Source: a virus
Lineage: Duplodnaviria > Caudoviricetes
Length of the DNA stretch: 64,000 nucleotides
Strand: one strand, 5' to 3'
Virus record (IMG/VR): IMGVR_UViG_3300042477_000769
Position 1 is the stretch's first letter. The number at the start of each line of letters is the position of its first letter. A program made the translations under genes and the position numbers. The notes below the pieces were generated by a model. It was not told the DNA's origin. It did not search any database and saw only the letters and a program-made list of their open reading frames with translations. Shown here in pieces: positions 47,669 through 59,050 of the stretch.

Positions 47669-50600
47669 ATGGTAACAATTCGTAGTTCTAATGAAATAAT
47701 TTTAAGTTTAATAGACTTTTTTAAATTAGCACAACCAGATTTAGACACTAAACCTGGTACAGTGTCACGAGATTTATTTATTGAAGGTCCCGCTAGCCAA
47801 TTATCATTATTATATGATGAATTAAGCGGAGTTTCTAATAAACAATCTTTACGATTAGTTATTGGTTCAGATTTAGATAAATTAGCTAAAAATTTTGCTA
47901 TTGTTAGAAGACAAGCTACTCCAGCCACTGGGGCCGCCATTTTAACCTTTGCTTCTATTAATGCACCCATTCCTATTAATCGTGGGACCATTATTACGGC
48001 TAGTAATGGATTTTCATATTCAGTGACCACGGGCACCGTTGTAACCCCTACAGCTATTAATTTTTATAAATCAGTAGCCACTAAATTTAGAGATCAATTA
48101 GATTTTGCCGGTATTAGTGATACATTGGCTGTACAAGTCACTGTTACGGCTACCTCAGCAGGAACTACTGGAAATATTGGTAAGTATTCATTAAGCCGAG
48201 CTAATATTCCAGGAGTTAGTAATGTAACTAATGTTAATTCTTTTACTGGTGGTACGGATCAAGAAACAGATGCAGCTTTTAGAAACAGAATTCTAGCTAC
48301 TTTTAGTGGTTCTAGTGTGGGCACAGCCTTAGGCTATTTGAATGTTGCGTTAAGTGTAGATGGTGTAGGTGATGCTGCCGTCATTGAGCCTGGTAATAGT
48401 TTAATGACACGAGATGGTACTGAAGTTAATGTGGCGGCCGATGGAACTCGAACTATCGTCTCCGAAGGTTCCGGTGGCAAAGTTGACGTCATTGTTTTAG
48501 GGTCTAATTTAGTAGAGAATTCTGAAAGTTTTATTTTTAGAGATAAAAGTAATAATAATGATCCAACTAGTTCCAAAAATAATGTAGTATTAGGTCAAAT
48601 TCCAGAAGACGTTAATAAAACTATTAATCGTAAAAGAATTGATGATATTCGAAATGGTACCTTACCAGCTCAGCCAGTAGATACTATTTTACAAGTTAGC
48701 GGTTCAGTTAGTGGGTCGAATTTCACTCCTAAATCTGTTGATTCTTTAGGTAGAGTTTCTGGAAATTATGAAATTATTAAAGATACTGGGGTGTATAGTG
48801 GAAGCCCATTTGGATTTGATACTTTTCACTGGATTTCTAATAAAATCTCTTTATTTTCTGAAGATAGATTAAAAGGCCAATTTAATGGTCAAGATTCCAC
48901 TACTTTTACTGATGTATTAGAGATACCACAAGCACAACAAACAGTATTAATTACTAATGAAAATAGTACTGTTACTTCCGATAGATCTATTATTCAATTA
49001 TTGCATACTCCGGCTACTAATGTCACTCGAGTTTTTAATGTCAATACTGGAGAAAGATATATTATTACTAATCAAAATTTGGACCAAACAGGAGCAACAA
49101 ATACTTCTGGTAGAATTCAAATTAGCGGCAATACTTTACCTTCTACTAGTGATGCTTTACAAGTAGATTATAGTTGGATTGTTAATTTTGATCAGTACTC
49201 AGATTATGATGGGCTAGTTAATACTAAAAATTCTAGAGCCACTAATAATAGTATTGATTGGGGATTAAGCGCAAATATTAGAAAAGAGCCAATCGTCTTT
49301 ACTCAAAATTTAGGTAATAATTTTTATACAGGTAACACTTCTTTACCAATTAGTTCTGTTATTTCTGCTAATAAAAGTACCGTAGTAGATGGTTATGTGG
49401 AGTTAATCACCACAGGTACTTTTGCTAACAGATTATCTATAGCGATAAATAACTTATTAGAAACAGTTAATTCAGTAGACTCTGTTAAATTTAAAAATAA
49501 TAATGTAGAATTATATCATACTAGCCAGGGGAATAATTCATTTAGCGTTACCACGGCAGTAGTTGGCATTCAAATTGTTTATACATTAAATATTATTTTG
49601 CCAACCGATACTTTAGCAGTTAATGGTGATAAAGTAACAGTTACTATTAACTCAGTAGATGTATTTAATTCATCAGTGACTCAGGGAAGTAGTTCTGGAA
49701 CCCAAATTACTATTCCTAGCAATTTAGTTAATTCATCAGCCACGAGTTTAATTTTAGAAACTACTTATTTAACTAATGTTGCTGATTTATTCTCTTCAGC
49801 TATTACCTCTCTATCAGCTAGTCGAACAGGTAATGGTTTTACTTTGCTCAACAATAATGGTTTTAATAATTTTAGTCCAGTTAATATAGCTAGAAGAGAA
49901 AATCAAATAGTTCAAAAAAATCTGAGCAATCAATTTTATGTAGACTTATCTCTTGGAGCCTTAGATTTTAATCTGGCTCCCGAACAAGTATTATCAGTCG
50001 TTAGATTGCGAGATGGGTATGAGCTATGGTCTAGTAATCATTTAGGTACTATTGCGACTGGAATTAATGGCAATTATCAATTAATTTTATCTGGATTTAA
50101 TGACCCAGTTATTTCTGATCGAGTATTAGTAATTTACTATGCTAATGATATTAGAAGATTTCAACCATTTAGTTTTAGTAATAATTTAATTAAAAGCAGA
50201 GTCTTAAATTTAACAGTAGATCCCGGAACTAATAGATTACAAGTCCCTATTAATACTTTTACTACACAATTTGATGTGTCATTTACTGTTAAAGATTCCA
50301 ATAGTGATATTGTCTGGTTCACTATTACTGATGGCGAATTAATTAATAATAATGATGGAACTGCCTTTTTAACTAGTACGGCAGTAAATATGTCTACTAT
50401 CCCAGATTTATTACATAAAAAAGTAAAATTAGTTGTACCTAATTTATTAGGCGGGCCAACTAATGTTAATAATGATGGGGTGTATGATATTATTAATTAT
50501 AATTTGACTACCAACACGTTGACTATTACACAGACGCTATCTAAATTAACATATGACCAAGTTTCTATTATTAGATTATTAGATGGACAAGAAGTATGGA

Positions 50601-51784
50601 ATTATAGTGGAACTATTGATGTTGTTAACAATAAATTATTATTACCAACCTCTGCAGCTGCTAGTGTAGGTGATTTAGTGGTGGTGATGTTATTTAATTA
50701 TAATAACCTTCGACAAGCGCCTACTCGAATAGTAGGAACTACAGTAGATCAATTAGTTAATCCAGGAATTATTACTTTTAGCGGAACTACTTTAAGTAAA
50801 GCAGAGAATGTAGTATTTACAGCGACTAATACTGGAGTAAAATTAAATGTATCAGAAGCTTTACGTAAAGCATTAAAATTATCATCGATAGCTGTTATTC
50901 CTAGTAATATAAAATTAGCAAAAATTTTAAAAGTAGAGAAGGTGGTAACAGCTAGTAATACCGATGACACTGTGATTCAAGTTCTACATACTTATGATAC
51001 TACTAATAGTATTATTCAAAATAATTTATTTTTTAATACTGATATGGTATCGGATCCTACTTTACAAGCTTTAGAGTTTAAGTTGCCTAATACCACAAAT
51101 AATACTTTGACCGGTATTACTAATAATCTTCCTACTTTAGGCGATAAAATAAGAATCACTTTTTATTTTAGTACAGACAATGATTCAGAGAATTTATCTT
51201 ATACTCGTAATGGAACACTATATACTAATAAAAAATTTGCTTTAATAAACAAAATTTTTGTTTCTAGTGGTTTCAAAAATTCTCTGGCAACTCGTTTAAA
51301 TGTTAGCTGTTTTAATCAGCCGGGATTAGGAGCCAGATATAAGGTTTTTTATGATTATTTAGCCCCAAAACAGAATGAACGGATAGTAATAAGATATAAT
51401 TATAATAAGTTAATCTCTGATGTTACTTTTGCCGTTGAAAATTCTCGACCAGTTAATGCAGATGTTTTAGTTAAAGCTGCCAGAGAAACATTATTAGACT
51501 TAACTATTAATGTGGTAATTGATCCGGCTCAACTTAGCTCACAAACTACCATTTTACAAAACTTAAGAGATAGTTTAGTTACCACTTTAACAACTACTGA
51601 GTTAGGCCAAATTGTTGATCAGCCTACTATTATAAATGTAGCTCAAGCAACTAACGGTATTGCCAGAGCCAGAATACTGTATTTTAATAAAGCTGGTGGT
51701 ATAGGTCAAGTATTAAAAGTGCAAGCTCAAGAAGATGAATTCTTTTCTCCTAATAATATCATCATTAACACCGAAACAAGATAA
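47669..51784 (+). CDS. Baseplate J-like (gp6-like) wedge protein with large insertions
   Basis: DLDKLAKNF...RRQATPATG, FTGGTDQETDAAFRNRI and GKVDVIVLG. Confidence 0.85.
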   Translation: MVTIRSSNEIILSLIDFFKLAQPDLDTKPGTVSRDLFIEGPASQLSLLYDELSGVSNKQSLRLVIGSDLDKLAKNFAIVRRQATPATGAAILTFASINAPIPINRGTIITASNGFSYSVTTGTVVTPTAINFYKSVATKFRDQLDFAGISDTLAVQVTVTATSAGTTGNIGKYSLSRANIPGVSNVTNVNSFTGGTDQETDAAFRNRILATFSGSSVGTALGYLNVALSVDGVGDAAVIEPGNSLMTRDGTEVNVAADGTRTIVSEGSGGKVDVIVLGSNLVENSESFIFRDKSNNNDPTSSKNNVVLGQIPEDVNKTINRKRIDDIRNGTLPAQPVDTILQVSGSVSGSNFTPKSVDSLGRVSGNYEIIKDTGVYSGSPFGFDTFHWISNKISLFSEDRLKGQFNGQDSTTFTDVLEIPQAQQTVLITNENSTVTSDRSIIQLLHTPATNVTRVFNVNTGERYIITNQNLDQTGATNTSGRIQISGNTLPSTSDALQVDYSWIVNFDQYSDYDGLVNTKNSRATNNSIDWGLSANIRKEPIVFTQNLGNNFYTGNTSLPISSVISANKSTVVDGYVELITTGTFANRLSIAINNLLETVNSVDSVKFKNNNVELYHTSQGNNSFSVTTAVVGIQIVYTLNIILPTDTLAVNGDKVTVTINSVDVFNSSVTQGSSSGTQITIPSNLVNSSATSLILETTYLTNVADLFSSAITSLSASRTGNGFTLLNNNGFNNFSPVNIARRENQIVQKNLSNQFYVDLSLGALDFNLAPEQVLSVVRLRDGYELWSSNHLGTIATGINGNYQLILSGFNDPVISDRVLVIYYANDIRRFQPFSFSNNLIKSRVLNLTVDPGTNRLQVPINTFTTQFDVSFTVKDSNSDIVWFTITDGELINNNDGTAFLTSTAVNMSTIPDLLHKKVKLVVPNLLGGPTNVNNDGVYDIINYNLTTNTLTITQTLSKLTYDQVSIIRLLDGQEVWNYSGTIDVVNNKLLLPTSAAASVGDLVVVMLFNYNNLRQAPTRIVGTTVDQLVNPGIITFSGTTLSKAENVVFTATNTGVKLNVSEALRKALKLSSIAVIPSNIKLAKILKVEKVVTASNTDDTVIQVLHTYDTTNSIIQNNLFFNTDMVSDPTLQALEFKLPNTTNNTLTGITNNLPTLGDKIRITFYFSTDNDSENLSYTRNGTLYTNKKFALINKIFVSSGFKNSLATRLNVSCFNQPGLGARYKVFYDYLAPKQNERIVIRYNYNKLISDVTFAVENSRPVNADVLVKAARETLLDLTINVVIDPAQLSSQTTILQNLRDSLVTTLTTTELGQIVDQPTIINVAQATNGIARARILYFNKAGGIGQVLKVQAQEDEFFSPNNIIINTETR

Positions 51785-54700
51785 TGGAAAATCTGAGAAT
51801 TTTAAATATCAAAGTCATAGATAGCTCCAACATTGAAGCTACTTTTACTGATAATTTGATTACTAATTTAATTAAAGAAAATGTAGTTATTACTTCTAAT
51901 ACTGCCAAAGTTCCTAATTCTGAAGTATTAGAAATAACTATTAAAGGTGCAACTTTATCTATTACTTGCCAACCTCTAACTCCACTAGCAGATTACTTTG
52001 TTGAATTTAAATCTGTCTTACCTTTGTATCCATTCCAATCAGTTAATGGAACGGCTAGAGTAGTAGAAGATGGTATTTCTAATAAGTATTTAATTACTGC
52101 TCCGTTAGGCATTGACAATCCAGTTAAAAATTATTTAAATAGTTATTATAATGGAAATATTTATAATCATGAAGATGAGAATAGTATCGTTGCTAAGTTA
52201 ATAAATTCTTATGCTGTCAATTTCTCTAAGGCATTATATGATATTAGACAATTAAAAAATGAAAATTATCTCAATGTTGACATTGTCGATGAGCCTAAAG
52301 TAAGAGGAGCCGGACCAGTAGATAGATTAACTGAAGAAGGCGCCTATCAAATAGTTCGTGTAGGTCGTACTCCAACTGGTACTTTTGTTAGTAATACTAT
52401 TCCTTTTGATATTTTTCCTCGTAACCCTATTACTTTACAAAGAACAGTCTCAGTAGAATTATTAACAGCTAACTCTATTAATGCTAAAACCTTTTTTAAT
52501 ATTAATGATTTAATACTTAACTTGAGTAATGCCCCGGTTACTAAAGTAAATAGTATCGTCTTTACTTTAAATTCTGTATCAGCAGTTTATACCTATGATA
52601 TTGCTAAATATGGATACCAAATATTAGACTCCAGATATGATCAAGAGTTTGGCTTTACTTACTTATTATTAGAAAATAATCAAATTAAATTAAACGATCA
52701 AATTTTAGAAGATCCTTTATTTGAATTAGATAAAATTATTAGAGTAGATGTTAATTATGAATATAAAAATTTAGGTATCGTAGTTAATCCAGATACTGTT
52801 AATGTGTATTCTATACAATCAGCTGTTCGAGAAGTTATTCCACCTATTATTAATGTTTTTAGTTTAAAACATGCCCCATTAGTAGACGGAAATAACAATA
52901 TACCTACTATAGGTGGTATTCAATTTTTAGATCCTAATTCAAATTTAAACACACCACATCCAGCGTTTAAATTTGAATTGCCTTATCGATTAGAAGCGTT
53001 ACCATCTACTCCGGGACAATACGCAATTGATTATGCTACTGGTACAGTTTATGTTTATGGAGCAGATTTAACCAATGATGGTACTGGGCCATTTCCGCCA
53101 TTAGCTAATTATAAATATCGATTAACCTATCAGTCAGAGATAGATTACGTTTATGATACAGATTTATTAGATTTAGTGGCACTACCAACTGGAAGCTTAT
53201 TAGATTTTGATGGAACTATTAATTTTGAATATGAAGAAGTTTTTATTCCTGGACAAGATTATGAGGCTAATTTACATTTAGAAGAATTAACAGAAAGAGT
53301 CGGGAATAATTTAATTGCTTTAAATGCTTTTAGAACTAAAAAAGGCCCCATTACTAATGTCTTCAGAATTTTAAATGAAACTTCTGGTGAAATTTATACT
53401 TTAAATCGTTGGACTGAAGATAAAGTCTACTTTAGATATAATACGCCGCCTAGAATTGTTGCTCAAACTGGAGAGAGAGTTTCTTTTGAAACTATTCCTA
53501 ATGAATTGTTATTTGTTAATACTTCATTGATTAACAGTGGTAGCATTAAAATATTTAATATACCACTAAATAATAATAACATTATTTCTTCTTCAGAAGA
53601 TGGATTAGGATCTTCCATTAATACTAGTGTGTCATTTTCTAATCAAACTATATTTGTCTCAGAAAAATGGTTTAATCGAGGATTATCTGTTTCTTTAAAT
53701 TTAGAAAATTTAAATAATGTAGGGGAATACATGATAGATTATACCAATGGTATTGTTTATTGTGCAGTCTCTACTAGCCAAGATTTTAATATTGGAACCG
53801 TTACTTACAAATATAAAAATATCATTCCAAATTTCCCGCATATTATTACTGCGGATGATATTTACTATCAAATTAATCCATTATCTAATAAAAACAAAAG
53901 TTTTACTGTTTTTTCTTCCGGAGAAAATAGCATTATACCAGAAACATTAGATTTTTCTGATGAAACATTTTTAAACAATACTGATTCCTCGCCCTATCAA
54001 TTGTTTAGTGGGCAAATTGGATCTTTTGTGGGACAAAACTTTGTTGGCGGAGTAACTAATCAAATTAAATTTATTCGTGGAGTATACGAATTTTTTGATT
54101 TACAAAATAGTGCTCATCCTTTTAATTTTTCTGGATTTGCCGCACATGATGGATTTAATATTACACTCAATCCCACAGTTAAGCAAACACTAAGTTCAGT
54201 CCAATATGATGGAACAGATTATTTTGTGTTAATTAATGAGAATATTCCATATCTCTCTCCTAGTATTAACTATACTTTTAGCATTATTCGGTCCTCTGAT
54301 TCTCAAGAGTTATGGGATGTCATGGGCACAATAGTTCCAGGTAATCCATTAAAACTAGTTTTATCAGGACTTAACTCGCCTCAAACTAATGATCAAGTAA
54401 CTGTTAATTATACAATTGAGATTAAAGACTTATCAAGAGTAATTGTTGATTACAATAAAGGAGATTATTTTATTGATTATACTTATTTGGCTGATGAAAT
54501 TGTAGTTAGTTATGAATACGGTGATAACGTATTAGATTTTCGTCGTAGTACCAATATTCCAACTAATACAGAATATTATGCCTCCTATAAAGTTGGCGCT
54601 TTACGCGATGCATTATTAAAGAATTTTGGAACCTTAGTCAATGTAGCAGAGTTATCGGTATTTGATGTGGATTTTAAGCGCGAGCGTTATCGAGATGCAT

Positions 54701-57700
54701 TATTAGCTGCCTTATCTTCTTTTATCCAAGGGGCGACATTAACAGCTATTAAAAATATTGGAAAAACAATTTCTCATATTGAGCCAATAGTAACCGAATC
54801 ATCATTTATTAATTGGTCATTAGGAAATAGTTTATTATCTCCTCAAATGATAGAGACTACTGGAGACATAACTTTATTACCTGCTAAATTTGGTAATGGA
54901 GCTTTATTAACTCATGAAGGTCAGACTATTTCTGTCCCAGTAAATAGCAATATTAGATTAGAAGAAGGGACTTTTGAAACTTGGATTATTCCTCAATGGA
55001 ATGGATTAGATAATGATGCCGTTCTTACTTTTAATGTTTTAAAAGATGGATATGCCATGCCAGCCAATCAAATATTTATTGGCGCAGAAGAATACCATCC
55101 CACGTTAGTGAGTGGCAAGTTTTCTGTTAATAAAAATATTTTAGGAACACCTAATACTAATAAAGATGGAGTCTTTATTTATTATGATAAAGATTTATCT
55201 GGAGATTTCAATCGTTGGTATGTTCAAGTAATTGATGGCTATGTAAATTCTATAAGCTCTACTTATAAAATTACTATTCAATCTACTGGCAGCTTTTATG
55301 ATAGCAAAAGTTTAGTCTTGCCAAAATCTAATAATGTATCTATTACTACGGGAACTAATTCTTTAACGTTAAATATTACTGGAGGATCTGCTCTTGATGA
55401 AGGTGTGACATTTATTTCCGATGTAGACCATTATGTATTAGATTTTGGCAAGGAAAAAAATAAAAGTCGAGTCTCTTTATACAAAGATATTTCCGGTTAC
55501 ATGGTATTTAAAGTTTATGATCGATTAGGTACGGCTTATATGGTTAGTGCCGATGTATCTGCCTGGCGTGCGGGAGAAGCTCATCATGTAGCAGCGTCAT
55601 GGAAATTAAATAATTTTAATAGTCGTGATGAGATTCATCTATTTTTAGACGGATTTGAAGTTCCTAACATCATTAAGTATGGGCAAAAATTGCGCCCATA
55701 CTTGCATGAAAAATTTAGAGCTATTAATACTGAAGAAATTATTGGTCTTTCTAATCGAGATATTATTTCTTCTGTGGATTTAGTTACTATAGCTGGTAGC
55801 ACTCAAGTCACTTCTTCTATTAATTTTAGTAGTTTTAATATTTTTCCAGGAGATATCATCAATATTGATGAGGTTGGGTTTGCTGAAGCAGGCTATTCTA
55901 TTGTGAGTATTAGTGGTCAATCATTAACATTAAATACTAGCATGCCAGTTTCTTTAAATAATGGAAAATTCTCTATTAATAGAACTTCATTTTCAGTTTC
56001 TTCAGATATTGATTTAGCTCCTAATATTGCAGTTAGCACTCTGAGTCCGATGGTTATTAATAGTGATTTGCAAGGAAGCATTGGATCAAATATTGTTACT
56101 TCTACTTCAGTAAATTTTGTGACAGCTGGAGTGAAACCAGGGTTTATCATTAGAATTGATAATATTTCTTTAGAATCCACTTATCATATTTTACAAGTCA
56201 GTGGAAATACTCTGGTATTAACTGACCCAATGCCTGTTAACTTTACTAATGAAGATTTTCAAGTGTACTCTACTACTGAACAAGAGATTCCGGGAGTAAG
56301 AGCGGTTCGCCCTTCTTATTCTATTAGTAAAGATCTTAATTTTAATAATGTTTTAACTATTTCTAATAATGTCTTGGCTAAAGATTTAATTTTAGTGCGT
56401 ACTTTAGGAATTAATCATCGTAAAGTAAAAAAGCAACATTATGTGTGGAGCAATGGTGAAGAGAATATTCTGAAAACACAATTACCAGCCCCCGTTGCGT
56501 TAGATGAAGTTAAAATAACAAAAATTATTTTGCCTACTACTGCTATTGGGCCGGCGAATTCTACGTTGACTTTAGGTCAATTTGTTTCTAATAATTTAAC
56601 TGCTTATCCTACGACCAATGATCAAACAGGCAGAACCATTAGCATAACTATTAGTGGAAATAATACAGATTTTATTGCACCAGCAGTAGTAACTATTAAT
56701 GGAGTCTCTGGAAACGCTACTATTAATGAGAATTTATCATTTACGGAATATGGCACTTTAGATACTGTTAATTTATTCCAAAGCATTAATTATATTACGG
56801 TAACAGTTACGCCTATTGATTCTACTAAAAATGCCTTAACTTTAATCGCAAAAGAAAAGTACTCTATTACACAAGTGGAAGCTAGTGGTAGTGTGCCAGT
56901 TATTAGATTCAGTTATGTTATTGGTTCTGGTTATACTTTATTTAATGATACCTCGTATTCTGTGAGAGATGAAAATTTCTTATTTAGTAGTGTAGATATT
57001 GGAAATTATTTATTAATTCAGACTCCTATTACAGTAGCAGGATATTATCAAATAACCGGATTATCTACAGATAGAAAAACTATTCATATTCAGCCAGCAG
57101 CACAGGCAGATCCATTACCTTTAGCTAATTTTACCAATGGTACCTATCAAGTATTAAATGTAAATCAATCTCGAAGTGGATTACAAAATGGATTCTTTAC
57201 TTTAGAAAATAAAGAGTTGCCAGGTCAACCATACTTTTTAAGTAATGGATTTTATGAATTAGAATATTCTACTTATACTAAAATTAATTTAGACCCTATT
57301 AATAGTAAAGCTTTTATTGGTTCTAATTTTGTTGGGAACTTATCAGCGAATGCCATTTTAGATCAAGTAAAAACATATTCAGTGATGTTAACTGATACTA
57401 GAATAGGGGAATCAATTCCGGCCAATCAAAGATCTATTACTAAAGATTTTAATTCATTAAAACCATTAACCGCAGATAGTAATACATTAATGTTAATTAA
57501 TTTTGATAGTGTACCATTTGAAAATGAAGCTAAATTTTATATTAGCTCTACCCCTAGCAAAGATCATTTCCAATCTTCTGTAGTTATTAATGAAAACTTT
57601 GGTAATAGTATTGCGTTTTTAAATAAACCATTAGTGTTAGATAACGAAGGAATTTTAAATACTAAAAGAGAAGGCACTATTGAATTTTGGATGAATCCAT

Positions 57701-58929
57701 TATTTGATACCTCTAACGATCCTAATATGAGATATTATTTTGATGCGTTTGGTGCCGTTATTGAAGAGACCGTCAGTGTTAATAATACTGCAGTTAAATT
57801 AACTGGCCCAGCTAGTAAAATTCTTTATGTAAAATTACCCGGCAATGATGATATTGATTATTTTGCGGGCGGAAAAATTGAAATTGACACTCAAAATGCT
57901 ATTCAAGAAGAAAGCGTTAGTTCTTCCAATAGCAATGTCTTGGTTTCTAAGCCAATCTTACAGGTAATTAGTGTTAAAATTGTAGGAGATTTAACTAATA
58001 CTGACTATTTTGCGAATGGCACCATTAGCTCTAATTTAAAAACTATTTTCTTGGGCAAATTATTGCCTAAAAGTAATTTACCAGTAGTAGTTACTTATCA
58101 AACCACTGAAAATAATAACATTAAACTTAATACTCAAGTTATTAGATTAAATAGAAAATTACCTTATCAAAATACTAAGGTTACCGTGGCCTATGTACCT
58201 CAAGGTTTACAAGGAGATCGAATCTCTATTTTTAAAGATAAAGTCGGTTATCTCAATTTCTCGATTACCGCTTCTGGTATGGACCATGTCGTACGAGCAC
58301 CTACATTGTGGGCTAAAAATACTTGGCATCGAATAAAGGCCAGTTATAAAATAAATGGCGGTGCGGGCCAAGATGAAATGAGATTATTTTTAGATGGCTA
58401 TGAATATGTTAATTTGACATATGGTCAAAACATAATTTATGGAGACTTTCCATTAGTATATGGAATGGCTATTCCGGGAGGCATAAGAAATCGGGATGGG
58501 TATGAATCTTTAATAAATATTAAATTCAAAGATCCTATTAATGAATTATTTATTGGAACGCAGTATACTAGAACCAGCCCAGCTTTCTGCTTATTAGATA
58601 ATTTTAGAATCAGTAATATTTCTAGACCTATCTATGCGCCTTTTGGAGAGCCACTAGATATTAATTACAGTACTAATTTAAGTACAGTCTTTCCTGTCAC
58701 AGAAGATTTATTTACTACTTATTTAATGAATTTCAATAATTTAGTGTTCTTAAATGATGATTTTGCTGTGTTAAAAAATCGAAAAACTGGATTATTTGAT
58801 TTTTCGATAAATATTTTAGATTCTCTGGGTATAGTAAATAGTAATATTAAAAGTAAAGAAGCATTAGAGGCTTTACTTAAAGTATTGAAACCCGCCAATA
58901 GTAGAGTGTTCATCAATTATACTAGGTAA
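51784..58929 (+). CDS. 2381-aa baseplate wedge/receptor-binding protein with two LamG (ConA-like) domains
   Basis: Wedge-like ERYRDALLAAL...GAT..AI and C-terminal LKVLKPANSRV; LamG motifs GTFETW/GTIEFW, HHVAASW/HRIKASY and LFLDG. Confidence 0.7.
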   Translation: MENLRILNIKVIDSSNIEATFTDNLITNLIKENVVITSNTAKVPNSEVLEITIKGATLSITCQPLTPLADYFVEFKSVLPLYPFQSVNGTARVVEDGISNKYLITAPLGIDNPVKNYLNSYYNGNIYNHEDENSIVAKLINSYAVNFSKALYDIRQLKNENYLNVDIVDEPKVRGAGPVDRLTEEGAYQIVRVGRTPTGTFVSNTIPFDIFPRNPITLQRTVSVELLTANSINAKTFFNINDLILNLSNAPVTKVNSIVFTLNSVSAVYTYDIAKYGYQILDSRYDQEFGFTYLLLENNQIKLNDQILEDPLFELDKIIRVDVNYEYKNLGIVVNPDTVNVYSIQSAVREVIPPIINVFSLKHAPLVDGNNNIPTIGGIQFLDPNSNLNTPHPAFKFELPYRLEALPSTPGQYAIDYATGTVYVYGADLTNDGTGPFPPLANYKYRLTYQSEIDYVYDTDLLDLVALPTGSLLDFDGTINFEYEEVFIPGQDYEANLHLEELTERVGNNLIALNAFRTKKGPITNVFRILNETSGEIYTLNRWTEDKVYFRYNTPPRIVAQTGERVSFETIPNELLFVNTSLINSGSIKIFNIPLNNNNIISSSEDGLGSSINTSVSFSNQTIFVSEKWFNRGLSVSLNLENLNNVGEYMIDYTNGIVYCAVSTSQDFNIGTVTYKYKNIIPNFPHIITADDIYYQINPLSNKNKSFTVFSSGENSIIPETLDFSDETFLNNTDSSPYQLFSGQIGSFVGQNFVGGVTNQIKFIRGVYEFFDLQNSAHPFNFSGFAAHDGFNITLNPTVKQTLSSVQYDGTDYFVLINENIPYLSPSINYTFSIIRSSDSQELWDVMGTIVPGNPLKLVLSGLNSPQTNDQVTVNYTIEIKDLSRVIVDYNKGDYFIDYTYLADEIVVSYEYGDNVLDFRRSTNIPTNTEYYASYKVGALRDALLKNFGTLVNVAELSVFDVDFKRERYRDALLAALSSFIQGATLTAIKNIGKTISHIEPIVTESSFINWSLGNSLLSPQMIETTGDITLLPAKFGNGALLTHEGQTISVPVNSNIRLEEGTFETWIIPQWNGLDNDAVLTFNVLKDGYAMPANQIFIGAEEYHPTLVSGKFSVNKNILGTPNTNKDGVFIYYDKDLSGDFNRWYVQVIDGYVNSISSTYKITIQSTGSFYDSKSLVLPKSNNVSITTGTNSLTLNITGGSALDEGVTFISDVDHYVLDFGKEKNKSRVSLYKDISGYMVFKVYDRLGTAYMVSADVSAWRAGEAHHVAASWKLNNFNSRDEIHLFLDGFEVPNIIKYGQKLRPYLHEKFRAINTEEIIGLSNRDIISSVDLVTIAGSTQVTSSINFSSFNIFPGDIINIDEVGFAEAGYSIVSISGQSLTLNTSMPVSLNNGKFSINRTSFSVSSDIDLAPNIAVSTLSPMVINSDLQGSIGSNIVTSTSVNFVTAGVKPGFIIRIDNISLESTYHILQVSGNTLVLTDPMPVNFTNEDFQVYSTTEQEIPGVRAVRPSYSISKDLNFNNVLTISNNVLAKDLILVRTLGINHRKVKKQHYVWSNGEENILKTQLPAPVALDEVKITKIILPTTAIGPANSTLTLGQFVSNNLTAYPTTNDQTGRTISITISGNNTDFIAPAVVTINGVSGNATINENLSFTEYGTLDTVNLFQSINYITVTVTPIDSTKNALTLIAKEKYSITQVEASGSVPVIRFSYVIGSGYTLFNDTSYSVRDENFLFSSVDIGNYLLIQTPITVAGYYQITGLSTDRKTIHIQPAAQADPLPLANFTNGTYQVLNVNQSRSGLQNGFFTLENKELPGQPYFLSNGFYELEYSTYTKINLDPINSKAFIGSNFVGNLSANAILDQVKTYSVMLTDTRIGESIPANQRSITKDFNSLKPLTADSNTLMLINFDSVPFENEAKFYISSTPSKDHFQSSVVINENFGNSIAFLNKPLVLDNEGILNTKREGTIEFWMNPLFDTSNDPNMRYYFDAFGAVIEETVSVNNTAVKLTGPASKILYVKLPGNDDIDYFAGGKIEIDTQNAIQEESVSSSNSNVLVSKPILQVISVKIVGDLTNTDYFANGTISSNLKTIFLGKLLPKSNLPVVVTYQTTENNNIKLNTQVIRLNRKLPYQNTKVTVAYVPQGLQGDRISIFKDKVGYLNFSITASGMDHVVRAPTLWAKNTWHRIKASYKINGGAGQDEMRLFLDGYEYVNLTYGQNIIYGDFPLVYGMAIPGGIRNRDGYESLINIKFKDPINELFIGTQYTRTSPAFCLLDNFRISNISRPIYAPFGEPLDINYSTNLSTVFPVTEDLFTTYLMNFNNLVFLNDDFAVLKNRKTGLFDFSINILDSLGIVNSNIKSKEALEALLKVLKPANSRVFINYTR

Positions 58930-59050
58930 TAGCTCAATAATTCAATATAAATGTATGACAGGTAGAAATTTTAATTCCAGCTGGGCCTTGATTAATTATG
59001 GGGCACTATCAGCCACAAACCATATTGTAGATAATAATGGGAGATAAATC

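Noticed and set aside
58930-59050. Structured ncRNA or terminator in the 121-nt gap
   Set aside because: Only short, imperfect pairings and no U-tract; not supportable by eye.
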